A stretch of DNA of 64,000 bases, taken from assembly GCF_030013205.1 (NCBI RefSeq), contig NZ_CP122648.1, one strand, 5' to 3'. This DNA is from Escherichia coli (lineage in GTDB: Bacteria > Pseudomonadota > Gammaproteobacteria > Enterobacterales > Enterobacteriaceae). Every line of letters begins with the position of its first letter. Positions within the stretch are counted from its first letter, which is position 1. The notes under the pieces are model-generated. The model did not search any database. It saw nothing but the letters and a program-made list of their open reading frames with translations, and had not been told where the DNA came from. The position numbers and the translations under genes are program-made. Below are positions 22,766-31,253 of this stretch, one piece after another.

Positions 22766-22966
22766 CATGGACAATGCCGCGCAATTATCTTGTCGCTCAC
22801 AATGCGAACGATCTTACAAAAAGGCACATTACTGTCAAGATAATTGATCGTTTTAATCGATAGATAATAGACAATCTATTTGTTTAACAGATCGATTATT
22901 GAAGTAAGTGTGCCAAGTGGAATGATACTGTCTCTATAAACGTGAGCATTTTTCGCGCAGATGCTT

Positions 22967-23278
22967 TTACTCAGGAAATAACGCCCGGATATTCCCAGCC
23001 ATCTGGCTGGTTATCTTAGCCACTGGTGCAGACTGTGCTTCAAACTTTTTTGAGCTGATTTGTGTCACAGGTAACATCTCATCATCAGCCCATGCGGCCA
23101 GTCGGTAAGCCTCTGCCGGATTCGTCTTCAGAAGTGCCAGCCCGGCCAGAAAAGCCACGCGTTGGCCGCTTTTGCGGGCTTCTGGTGTAAGGCTGTCCAG
23201 CCAGGCGCATGCTTCTCCTTCGTTCTTGACGGCAGCTGGCTTCAGATAGAAACTTATCCGTCTGGTTGGTGTTGTCAT
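22967..23278 (-). CDS. parR: ParR-like centromere-binding adaptor
   Basis: 103 aa from the ATG at 23278, preceded by AGGAG 7 nt upstream and only 4 nt after the parM stop; resembles R1 ParR (RRISFYLKP...LDSLTPEARKSGQRVAFLAGLALL). The longer annotated ORF 22967..23413 overlaps parM and is rejected. Confidence 0.7.
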   Translation of the reverse strand: MTTPTRRISFYLKPAAVKNEGEACAWLDSLTPEARKSGQRVAFLAGLALLKTNPAEAYRLAAWADDEMLPVTQISSKKFEAQSAPVAKITSQMAGNIRALFPE

Positions 23279-23282
23279 TGGT

Positions 23283-24242
23283 TTACTCCTTGTCCATTGC
23301 GTACAGCCCATTAACCAGAGCAAACTGTGGCACCCCGTCCGCGATGAAAGTCGCATTAACTCCGCAGGCTTCGCGGATAGCGGGTGCCACAATCTCCGCC
23401 CCGCCACCGACAACCATCACCCGCCCGTAACCCGAAAAACCCGCCAGCGCGCGGATCACGCGTTGTTTCAGTGTTTCTTCCTTTTCACGAATAACCGCCA
23501 TCAGGCTGGCGTAATGCGCGTCATTGTGGATGTGCTGGCGCAGCCAGGCTTCATCATGGCGATGTTCGATAATGGTATTGGCGATGTGGTGACTGGTACG
23601 CATACCGTTAGTGGCCATCACCGACAGTACGGCATCGGCCATCAGGGAAACGCCTACGTGTGGATCGCAAAACACCTGGCTGATACCTGCCAGTTGTCCC
23701 TGAACCTTTGCCACATCCAGCGTGGTTCCGCCTAAATCCACAATCAGCAGGGATTCAAACGGACTCATGTCAGCCAGTGCTTTAAAGCCAGCCGGAATGG
23801 ATTCAGGCATAACCCGTACGTTACGGATAGTGAATGCTTCGCCGTTCTGGTACTCCACCGGGCGCATGACGTTCGCTTTTTTGCGGTTGATGTTGGCCAT
23901 GTCCGGCTGTGCGTTTGTGTCGAAATATTCGCTCAGTGGCAGGGTGACAACCACATCCACTTCCTGTGGTGTGATGCCTGATTTGACCAGCGCGTGATGA
24001 ATGGCAATGACATTCACATCGCTGTACTGGTATTGCGTGTCGGTCGTCTGGACAAAGCGATCGCTGACCGGATCAAAACCATAGCGCACGCCATCAAGCA
24101 TGTAGTTCGCGGGCTGCGTGCCACCGAACGGCGCAGACCATTCCGACTTGAAGCTGTTCGGGCTGATGGCGTTGCGGCGTTCGCCGTTCTCAGTCCATGC
24201 CAGCTTGATGTTGGTGGAGCCGTCATCGATACAAATTTTCAT
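23283..24242 (-). CDS. parM: ParM/StbA-family actin-like segregation ATPase
   Basis: 319 aa MKICIDDGSTNIKLAW...SPNSF...VMPESIPAG...LIVDLGGTTLD...VMVVGGGAE; close to plasmid R1 ParM along the whole length. Confidence 0.85.
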   Translation of the reverse strand: MKICIDDGSTNIKLAWTENGERRNAISPNSFKSEWSAPFGGTQPANYMLDGVRYGFDPVSDRFVQTTDTQYQYSDVNVIAIHHALVKSGITPQEVDVVVTLPLSEYFDTNAQPDMANINRKKANVMRPVEYQNGEAFTIRNVRVMPESIPAGFKALADMSPFESLLIVDLGGTTLDVAKVQGQLAGISQVFCDPHVGVSLMADAVLSVMATNGMRTSHHIANTIIEHRHDEAWLRQHIHNDAHYASLMAVIREKEETLKQRVIRALAGFSGYGRVMVVGGGAEIVAPAIREACGVNATFIADGVPQFALVNGLYAMDKE

Positions 24243-24274
24243 GTCGCTTTTCCTTATGTTGATTAATTAATCGC

Positions 24275-24382
24275 TTACGGGATTCTGAAATCCCGTTTTT
24301 GCCTGTTTTATGCGCGCTTCATATATCGCGGCGCGTTTTTTGCTCATTTACGGGATTTGTGAATCCCGTTTCTGTCTGTTTT
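24275..24382. promoter_or_regulatory. parC-like centromere/operator: two 35-bp direct repeats, each holding a 20-bp palindrome, flanking a putative promoter
   Basis: Repeat A 24275..24309 (ACGGGATTCTGAAATCCCGT) and repeat B 24348..24382 (ACGGGATTTGTGAATCCCGT), 73 bp apart, directly upstream of parM; repeat B overlaps the last codons of the A-like ORF. Confidence 0.6.
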
Positions 24383-27141
24383 TTGTTTCCACTGGTCAGG
24401 CCTCCCCGCAGCAGGTCTGCTTTGCGGCGGGCGCGTTCAGTGGTTTCACTGATTCTCTGTGCGTGCTCTGCGTCGCGGATGGCGCGCAGCATGTCAGAAA
24501 GCACGGTAACGGGTGTTTTCATGGTGTTCTGGTCCTGCTGAAGTGTGGATGCCAGGCGTGCGGCGGCTTCGGGGTCTGATGCCCCCAGCTGTTCCAGATA
24601 GCTGGCGACCGGGTTATGGCGGATCTCCGTGCTGCTTACGCCGTGGTTACGGCTCAGGCGCTGCCAGAGCTGCGTGATCCGGCTGTCCGGTCGGGTATCC
24701 GGTTTGCGTACAATTTCAAATCCCTGCGGTGCAATGATGCTGCCGTCGACGTACAGACTGCCGCCCCGTAACAGGTGCTGCATCTGCTGTTCACCGATAT
24801 GCAGGCCGAGAGATTCAGCAGACTCCCGCCATTCTTTAGCGAGTAACTCGTGGTTATCAGGCAAAGGCCGTGGCTGTTTGCGGCTCTGTGTCCAGTTCTG
24901 CATTTCATCACTGCTGTTTTTTGCCTGTTTGTCACGCAGCGAACGCATCAGCGCCCGGCGTTCGTGCCGTTTCAGTGAGCGCATCCATTCATTCACGTCA
25001 ACGCCGTCAGGAAGCTGCGGCCACGGTGCTGGCCGTTCTTCCGGCTGTTCTGTCCCGTTGTTGTCCGTTTCCTGTACACGGGGACAGTTATTGCCACGAG
25101 TCCAAGGGGCGGCAGGGCCGCCCTGAAGGTCAAAACCATTTTCGCGGGCGCTGTCTTCCGCTTCCGGTTTACGTCTTACCAGCTTCCAGTTATCCGGATG
25201 TGTGCACACACGGGAAGACTCCCCGATGAGCGGTGACCAGATCCCGTAAATCTGTACGCTCTGTTCGCCGTAATCGTTCAGCTCATCTGCGAGGTCGTAG
25301 GCGGTGCGAATCAGGTAGTCTTTGCGTGGAACAAGTACGCCGCCCTGTTTTTCAATGTAGGAGGCAAAACACCCGGCATCAGCGGCAGCGAGCACTGCAT
25401 CCATTGCGTCATCCTTCAGTCGTTGCGGGCCTTCCGGGTTGCGTGCCATCTGGCTGGCAAGGCGGCGCAGTTCACGCCACACCTGACGGGAGGGGATGCC
25501 AAAGAACTGGAACTGGCGGACCCGGTGAAGGCGCGCCCAGCCGATGGCGCGCTCCACGCTCTCGGCCATTGATTTTCCGGTTTCGTGGTCAACGCGTGGC
25601 TTGCCCGTTTTCGGGTCGATACCATCCACGGCGCGGCTGTCCAGGTTCTTTCCGATGTAGGTGGCGATGTAGCTGGTTGGCGTGCCTTTTGAGCCGTCGA
25701 CGTACTCCGCCTTAAAACGCGGAGTTATGTCATCGCCCAGCTCGTGGCGGTCTTCCTGAATGGCAATATCGCAGACGTGGGACACGATGGTTTCAATCTC
25801 GTCCGGATGTGCAAAGACCATCATATGCCAGTGCACAGTGCCGTCATGGTGAGGCTCCACCGTGCGGATGCCATACCAGCGAAGACCGTCGCGGTTCAGT
25901 TTTTTGCGGACCGCCGCAAAAAACGTGTTAACCAGGTAATCGCTGGAGTCGCGCATGGTGGCCCCGTTCCATTTGGGATTCGGATGACCGTTCTCTGTTG
26001 TGGCGTGGTATTTTGACGGGCAGGTGACAGTCAGAAACACCGCTCTGTCGCCACGGGCTTCGGCCAGAAGTTCCAGTCCCTTCATGGTGGCCATCATTTC
26101 TGCCTTACGGTGAACCGGGTTACTTACTCCCGCGTAATACACCGTCTCGAGATCAATCGTGAACCCGTCTTCATTTTCCAGCATGAAACTTTTCAGGAAA
26201 TCGCGTGTTTTCTCGCGCTGTGCGCGAAACTCGCTTAACGCGTCCTGGCTCAGATAGGGTGATGTTTTTCTGGAAACCAGACAGGCGGCGCGGAGTTGTT
26301 CTTCTCTCCACTCGCAACGTAACAGCCACAGTTTGCGTTTCCACCATTCCGCACAGGTCAGGCGAAGGATTGCGCCCGGCAGCAGCTCCGTGTCCGGTTC
26401 GTTCCTCCGGTCTTTGTCTGTTGTCAGTGCGTCATAATGTGGAGGCATGGCGTGCAGGTGTAACGCCATGCGGGCCAGCATCTGATACGCCTTCAGCGTT
26501 ACATCCATGGTCAGTTCGCCATCAGTAGCGCCAAAGCCATCGCAGAGTTTTTCGAAGGTGCTGCTGAACATCGCCGCCGTCATGGTGGCCAGCGTCTGTA
26601 TCTGGTGTTTGTTGAGCTGCGGCAGGTAAAGCAAATCGTCCAGGCGTTCGCGTCCGGCAAGGGAGCGATAACCCGGTGTCAGCCAGCGGTGATCGGTGCG
26701 GTCCAGACGTTCGAATATTTTGCGCAGGGTTCCGCGCGCGTAGCGTTCCGCCTGCCAGCTCTTTTTGCCTTTCTGACGATCGGCTTCCTGCTTCTTGCGC
26801 AGGAAGGAGAGGTGGCGAATAAGCGGATCGCGCAGATAGGACGGCAGCAGGCGCAGCGAGGCCATGGCTTCATCCACCGCGCCGCGTGCCTGTTTTCTGG
26901 CGTCTCCTGCCAGTGTGATGGTTTTGTCCTGTTTTTCCTGTGCGTCCAGGCTTTTATTAATCAGGTTGCCCAGCGGCGTGGCGGAGAACGCCGCATCAGC
27001 CATTTCCTGGCGGCGCTCGTTCTCTACCCGGTAGGCATCCAGCCAGGAGGAAAGCGCGGATTCAGGAGCGGAGATCCCCGTTCCTTCACGCCCCACTGCG
27101 TGGCGCGGTTGTTGCCAGTCCCTGATGTACTCTGCCGTCAT
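24319..27141 (-). CDS. Replication initiation endonuclease (P2 gpA-like, rolling-circle)
   Basis: 940-aa ORF containing SKYH and VEPHHDGTVHWHMMVF, matching the P2 A signature (VEPHHDGTPHWHMMLF) and the catalytic Tyr region; longer than P2 A (761 aa), so start and C-terminal extent are uncertain. Confidence 0.85.
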   Translation of the reverse strand: MTAEYIRDWQQPRHAVGREGTGISAPESALSSWLDAYRVENERRQEMADAAFSATPLGNLINKSLDAQEKQDKTITLAGDARKQARGAVDEAMASLRLLPSYLRDPLIRHLSFLRKKQEADRQKGKKSWQAERYARGTLRKIFERLDRTDHRWLTPGYRSLAGRERLDDLLYLPQLNKHQIQTLATMTAAMFSSTFEKLCDGFGATDGELTMDVTLKAYQMLARMALHLHAMPPHYDALTTDKDRRNEPDTELLPGAILRLTCAEWWKRKLWLLRCEWREEQLRAACLVSRKTSPYLSQDALSEFRAQREKTRDFLKSFMLENEDGFTIDLETVYYAGVSNPVHRKAEMMATMKGLELLAEARGDRAVFLTVTCPSKYHATTENGHPNPKWNGATMRDSSDYLVNTFFAAVRKKLNRDGLRWYGIRTVEPHHDGTVHWHMMVFAHPDEIETIVSHVCDIAIQEDRHELGDDITPRFKAEYVDGSKGTPTSYIATYIGKNLDSRAVDGIDPKTGKPRVDHETGKSMAESVERAIGWARLHRVRQFQFFGIPSRQVWRELRRLASQMARNPEGPQRLKDDAMDAVLAAADAGCFASYIEKQGGVLVPRKDYLIRTAYDLADELNDYGEQSVQIYGIWSPLIGESSRVCTHPDNWKLVRRKPEAEDSARENGFDLQGGPAAPWTRGNNCPRVQETDNNGTEQPEERPAPWPQLPDGVDVNEWMRSLKRHERRALMRSLRDKQAKNSSDEMQNWTQSRKQPRPLPDNHELLAKEWRESAESLGLHIGEQQMQHLLRGGSLYVDGSIIAPQGFEIVRKPDTRPDSRITQLWQRLSRNHGVSSTEIRHNPVASYLEQLGASDPEAAARLASTLQQDQNTMKTPVTVLSDMLRAIRDAEHAQRISETTERARRKADLLRGGLTSGNKKQTETGFTNPVNEQKTRRDI

Positions 27142-27147
27142 AGTGAT

Positions 27148-27513
27148 TTACTTCGTCATGCCATTCAGGGTGTCGCGGCAGACTGTAGCCAGCCGCTGAA
27201 TTTCCAGCACGGTGTCTTCTGTGTCGGCATGGCGATGTGTGATGCGGATGCTGTCGGCAATCACATCGACGATTGCAGAGGATGGGCGCTGGTAAATGCC
27301 AATAACGGACGGGGTGCCACCTTCAATGCGGTAAAGCCTGTAATTTCCCTCGTGGCTGTCAATCATGTAGCGACCATCAATAACAATCTTTCCGTCAGCG
27401 AGCTGCGGTACAGGCAGGGATTTCAGGTACATGTCATAACGATCACGCACGCGAGCGGCAAGATCACGCTCTGTGTTGAGCAGGTATTCAAGAAAGTCGT
27501 TGGCGAGAATCAT
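27148..27513 (-). CDS. Early-region hypothetical protein
   Basis: 121-aa ORF immediately upstream of the A-like gene, same strand. Confidence 0.5.
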   Translation of the reverse strand: MILANDFLEYLLNTERDLAARVRDRYDMYLKSLPVPQLADGKIVIDGRYMIDSHEGNYRLYRIEGGTPSVIGIYQRPSSAIVDVIADSIRITHRHADTEDTVLEIQRLATVCRDTLNGMTK

Positions 27514-27585
27514 TGCGGCAATCCTCTTGTTACAGATGTGCGAAGGCCTCCCGCCGCAAGGTGCAGGAAAGGCCCGGAACAGGAA

Positions 27586-27816
27586 TTAATGGAGTTTGTT
27601 TTGCTGCTGGATGAGCTGTTGAAGCTCGTGCAGATCATCCGCCAGATAGCTGAAAACAGAGGCGGAATAAATGTTTGATAGTGCGTGGCTGCGCTCATGC
27701 AACATATTGATGTGCATGATTTGCGCGACGCGTGATGCGCGGGAAAGTCTGCGGTTGATTTCAGTCTGGATGTGACGACGCTCCGCGATAGCGCGGTGTG
27801 GTTTGCGGTTTGCCAT
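27586..27816 (-). CDS. Early-region hypothetical small basic protein
   Basis: 76-aa ORF with an AAGGGG Shine-Dalgarno upstream. Confidence 0.45.
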   Translation of the reverse strand: MANRKPHRAIAERRHIQTEINRRLSRASRVAQIMHINMLHERSHALSNIYSASVFSYLADDLHELQQLIQQQNKLH

Positions 27817-28138
27817 GGTGTGGCCCCTTGTGTAGTAAGTTGTGAAAACTCACCATCCAGAGCTGCGAAACTGTGGGTGGCGAGACGTACGAGGTTCGCA
27901 GTACCGGCTACACAAGAACCCGGCCCGACCGAAGTCGGCCCCGTACGCCCCGCCATAATTCTGACGCGAAAAAAACGTGGCAATACAGTACGCACAAAAA
28001 AACCGCTGGCGCGGTTGTGCGCTTGTGTAGTCAGCAGGCTGCGAAACCCGGCACCCGTTTTGTGAGGTGCAGCGGAAATGTAACCTGACTGATTGCGGCA
28101 TGGCAAGCGGTTTTTTTGTGTGTGCATGTTCTGGTTTC

Positions 28139-28438
28139 TTAGTGGTTCAGAAAAAAATCAAAAACCTTGTCAATGCGTTGCAGCAGCTCTTGCTGTATTG
28201 CTTTCGGCGTTTCCGGTTCGCCTGGCGCCTCCAACGTCGCGCAGAAATCCTCGATTTCATGACGGAGCGTCAGGCGAATGGCGAGAGGTGTGGTTCTGGC
28301 GTGCTCCAGCTCATCCAGCAGCGCCAGCACAGCAGACGGCGAGAGCATTGCGCGAAACGCCAGTAATTTTTGAGGCGTTGCCATTCGTTGCAGGTCAGTC
28401 GCCAGTTCGCGTAATTCCTGGTGGTTGATGGCGCTCAT
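28139..28438 (-). CDS. Early-region hypothetical protein
   Basis: 99-aa ORF; stop/start overlap with the neighbouring ORF (ATGA-type coupling). Confidence 0.5.
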   Translation of the reverse strand: MSAINHQELRELATDLQRMATPQKLLAFRAMLSPSAVLALLDELEHARTTPLAIRLTLRHEIEDFCATLEAPGEPETPKAIQQELLQRIDKVFDFFLNH

Positions 28439-28680
28439 GCTCTGGCTTCCTTCAGTAGCTGGTTAAACGTGTTGGTAAGTGGATTGCCGCACCCGAACGG
28501 CATCGGGTTTATCTGGTAAGAAAAGCGACCGCCTGTTTTGCGCTCTTTTCTTATGACTGAACCGCTGCGCCAGAGTCGGCGTAACTCCGCATTAATGGCT
28601 GTGGTTGGGGTATTCAGTGCTGCGGCGATTTCTCCACCGCTACACCCCGGATTGGCGGCGATATAGTCCAGAATGGTCAT
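28435..28680 (-). CDS. Early-region small DNA-binding-like (winged-helix) protein
   Basis: 81 aa MTILDYIAANPGCSGGEIAAALNTPTTAINAELRRLWRSGSV...; translationally coupled to its neighbours. Confidence 0.5.
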   Translation of the reverse strand: MTILDYIAANPGCSGGEIAAALNTPTTAINAELRRLWRSGSVIRKERKTGGRFSYQINPMPFGCGNPLTNTFNQLLKEARA

Positions 28681-28880
28681 CTGCGTGACTCCTGTACCTG
28701 TCGGATAAGGTTCACCCGCACCACATTCGTGGCGCAGAAGTAAGTGCCGTCAGTGAGATAGATGTGATGTGCATCCTTTTCTGAACGGTGTTTGTCGATT
28801 GTGGTAATCAGGCGTTCGTCGACTTCGTATTCACGCCCTCTGGAGGTAAAACGAACGACAGGAAAATGCTTAATTGCCAT
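28677..28880 (-). CDS. Early-region hypothetical protein
   Basis: 67-aa ORF overlapping the downstream start. Confidence 0.45.
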   Translation of the reverse strand: MAIKHFPVVRFTSRGREYEVDERLITTIDKHRSEKDAHHIYLTDGTYFCATNVVRVNLIRQVQESRR

Positions 28881-29076
28881 TACGCCTCCTTGGCGTGTGC
28901 GAATACCTCCGCGAATGCGGATTGTTTTTACATTTTCTTATTTAATCTGTGGTTTTATTTGCTCTGTTATTCGCCAGTGAAAAAGCGTTCAATCTTTTTT
29001 ATTGAATGAATAATTCGCATAATCCCAATAGCGCAGGCCACCGAAATAATCAGAACAAGCCATGAGATAAATATAC

Positions 29077-29319
29077 TCATGCGATATTCCCCAGCTCATA
29101 CGGTTCAATATGTTCCCCGCATTCTGCGGCACAGATCAGCTCGGAAAGTTCGTTAAGTGCATCCAGATCATCAGCGTAAAAAGCCACGTCATACAGACTT
29201 CGGATTGCTCTGGTCAATGAGTCACGGGCCGCACGTTCAGCATGAGCGCCTGATGCACTTAAGCGAAAATAAAAGCGCTCAAGTGCTTTGTTAATGAGAG
29301 TTTTATATTCTTTGCCCAT
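29077..29319 (-). CDS. Early-region hypothetical protein
   Basis: 80-aa acidic ORF in the cox-to-A operon. Confidence 0.45.
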   Translation of the reverse strand: MGKEYKTLINKALERFYFRLSASGAHAERAARDSLTRAIRSLYDVAFYADDLDALNELSELICAAECGEHIEPYELGNIA

Positions 29320-29330
29320 CGCAACGCCCT

Positions 29331-29618
29331 TTAATCTGCTTTCTGAATTTCAGTTTCTGAATCCATACAGATAATTTCGATATAGGGTTTATCGCCATTA
29401 ACCTGACGAGCCTTTTCAGCTTCGCTAATGATTTCGCGTACGGTCTGGTACGGAAGTTCCACGATCAGTCGCGTGCCGTTCAGATAAACGTAAGTGGCTT
29501 CGGCGGCTCCGTTTTTCCCCGCCGGAGCCACTCCATCAATAGCGGATGCGCGTAATAACAGTTCACCGCGAAAATCAATAAAGCGGATAAATACACCTTG
29601 AGTATGGTCTTTAGTCAT
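29331..29618 (-). CDS. Early-region hypothetical protein
   Basis: 96 aa from the ATG at 29618 (AGGTG Shine-Dalgarno); the longer ORF to 29717 overlaps the upstream gene. Confidence 0.45.
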   Translation of the reverse strand: MTKDHTQGVFIRFIDFRGELLLRASAIDGVAPAGKNGAAEATYVYLNGTRLIVELPYQTVREIISEAEKARQVNGDKPYIEIICMDSETEIQKAD

Positions 29619-29628
29619 AAAGCACCTG

Positions 29629-29970
29629 TTATAAATCAGCCTGTTTAATAAAACTCTGTCCACGCAGCAGACGATCAACCGTGCGAAGCGCTTCGTATAA
29701 TGTGAAATCCTGCCCAAACTGATTGTCGCCGCTGCTCAGAGCAAAAATGCGGTTTCCGGTAAACGGATTGCGCGGGCATTTGTGGACCACGATTCCAGCT
29801 TTCTCAATCAGCCAGGCATGCTCGCCGATTTGTTTTACTGGGTAGCCATCCGGCGTTGCGTGTGTATCACTCAGGCTGTAGCGGATGTTGCTGCGTGATG
29901 CACTGGTAGCAAAACGGTTAGCGTGGCGTTCTGCACCATTGCGAAAGCGTGAATTACGTTGCTGTTTCAT
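29629..29970 (-). CDS. Early-region hypothetical protein
   Basis: 113-aa ORF. Confidence 0.45.
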   Translation of the reverse strand: MKQQRNSRFRNGAERHANRFATSASRSNIRYSLSDTHATPDGYPVKQIGEHAWLIEKAGIVVHKCPRNPFTGNRIFALSSGDNQFGQDFTLYEALRTVDRLLRGQSFIKQADL

Positions 29971-30222
29971 GTTAAAGACTCTGTACAGATTTAATTATTC
30001 CGGCATAGAGGCCGAACTCAAAATATTTGCGATTAAATCGCATCGCATTGTTTTCACGTTTTGCGGACTGCTGGTTCATTTTCGTTTGCCTCCGCACATG
30101 AGAATTGCGCCGCTTAAGAGGTAACCGAAGTTAATTGATAGTATTACAATTAACATAAGGTCCAATTTGTCCATGCCACACATAATTACCCTCATTGCAG
30201 TAGTTGTGGGTTGTCAGGTTTC

Positions 30223-30429
30223 TCACCCGATAAACCAGATAACAAACGCTATCAACATCGCCCCAATAGCTGCCGGGAAAAGTCCTTTGGTATAAGCGGC
30301 GATATATTCAATGCTGAGTTCAATAAAGCGTTCTTTATGTCCCGTTAACTTGCGAAACAAATAGATCTCTATTACGCCTATCTCAATAAAAACAAGGGTC
30401 AGAATGGCGCTGATGATATGGCTGGTCAT
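30223..30429 (-). CDS. Small hydrophobic membrane protein
   Basis: 68 aa with two predicted TM helices, directly downstream of cox. Confidence 0.45.
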   Translation of the reverse strand: MTSHIISAILTLVFIEIGVIEIYLFRKLTGHKERFIELSIEYIAAYTKGLFPAAIGAMLIAFVIWFIG

Positions 30430-30435
30430 TTATGA

Positions 30436-30723
30436 CTAAAGTCCCAGCCACAACAACCATGCGTCGCGGCGTTCTTTCGGTTGCTCAAAAAACGCTTTGC
30501 GCATGCCTTCGTTAAATGCTGGCAGATATACCCAGTTTTCTGATGCACGCGTCTTTACTGAACCTGGTTTCACAAAGTCAATTGTTGGTAGCTTTGCTGC
30601 GTCAATCATGGTTCTGACTGTGGATTCCTTGCGGCCGATCATCTTGGCGAATAGTTGATATGGCACCGCTTCAAGTGGATATGGTGCTACCTGAATGAAC
30701 CCCCCAAGCTCTGATTCGCTCAT
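30436..30723 (-). CDS. cox: Cox-like excisionase / early repressor
   Basis: 95 aa; ...YQLFAKMIGRKESTVRTMIDAAKLPTIDFVKP...WVYLPAFNEG...RRDAWLLWLGL matches P2 Cox (YWVYLPAWNNG...RDGWLMWLGL). Confidence 0.85.
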   Translation of the reverse strand: MSESELGGFIQVAPYPLEAVPYQLFAKMIGRKESTVRTMIDAAKLPTIDFVKPGSVKTRASENWVYLPAFNEGMRKAFFEQPKERRDAWLLWLGL

Positions 30724-30782
30724 TGTGGTAATCTCCCTAATTCGTTCGAATGGCTCAAAATGGCTTATATCGGCTTATTTGA

Positions 30783-31157
30783 GTGTTTTTATGTTTGTGC
30801 CCGATGTGGCATGTTGTGATGGAGGATATGCCCGATATGGCATCTTTGTCAAGCATGGGTGAAAAATTTCGCCTGATTCGTGAAGCAGAAGGTATGACCC
30901 GCCAGGAGTTTGCGGATTGTGTTGGGCTGCCTTATGGGACGGTAACTAACTATGAGGTGAGGGGGAAGCAAGTAACAGAGGGTGCCTTACTTAAGGTTAC
31001 GAAACACCCTAAATTTAAGAAGTATGCTTATTGGTTATCAACAGATGAAACGATGCCGGAGGTCGGGCAAATTTCTCCGGCTCTCTCTCTTGATGGTTCC
31101 TGCAATTCGGAGGGAGATCGCGTTTCAACCGAAACAATCCAAAAATTATCCCGCTGA
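30783..31157 (+). CDS. Immunity repressor (P2 C-like)
   Basis: HTH region ...QEFADCVGLPYGTVTNYE... and C-terminal ...KYAYWLSTDE...VGQISPALS resemble P2 C; true start probably an internal Met (about 30837). Confidence 0.75.
   Translation: MFLCLCPMWHVVMEDMPDMASLSSMGEKFRLIREAEGMTRQEFADCVGLPYGTVTNYEVRGKQVTEGALLKVTKHPKFKKYAYWLSTDETMPEVGQISPALSLDGSCNSEGDRVSTETIQKLSR
30799..30843. promoter_or_regulatory. Putative C-repressor operator: 14-bp direct repeats GCCCGAT(G/A)TGGCAT in the C/cox switch region
   Basis: Repeats at 30799..30812 and 30830..30843 between divergent cox and C; P2 C is known to bind direct repeats at the early promoter. Confidence 0.45.
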
Positions 31158-31253
31158 GGCCAGAAAACTGGTTAGACCTGCTTTTTGTCTGGTCTGATTA
31201 TTGCTGGAAAGAGGCTGGAGAAATTGTAGAGCGGTTCATTGGAGGGCTTCGTA

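Noticed and set aside
22967-23413. Full-length 148-aa ORF overlapping the 3' end of parM
   Set aside because: The first 45 codons overlap parM in another frame; the internal ATG at 23278 with an AGGAG Shine-Dalgarno gives the 103-aa ParR-like product.
26605-27678. 357-aa plus-strand ORF antisense to the A gene and upstream early gene
   Set aside because: Shadow ORF; the opposite strand encodes the conserved replication endonuclease.
27510-28127. 205-aa minus-strand ORF in the GC-rich stretch of the early region
   Set aside because: Low-complexity S/T/A/R-rich translation with no start context; region more likely non-coding or holding only the 76-aa ORF at 27586..27816.
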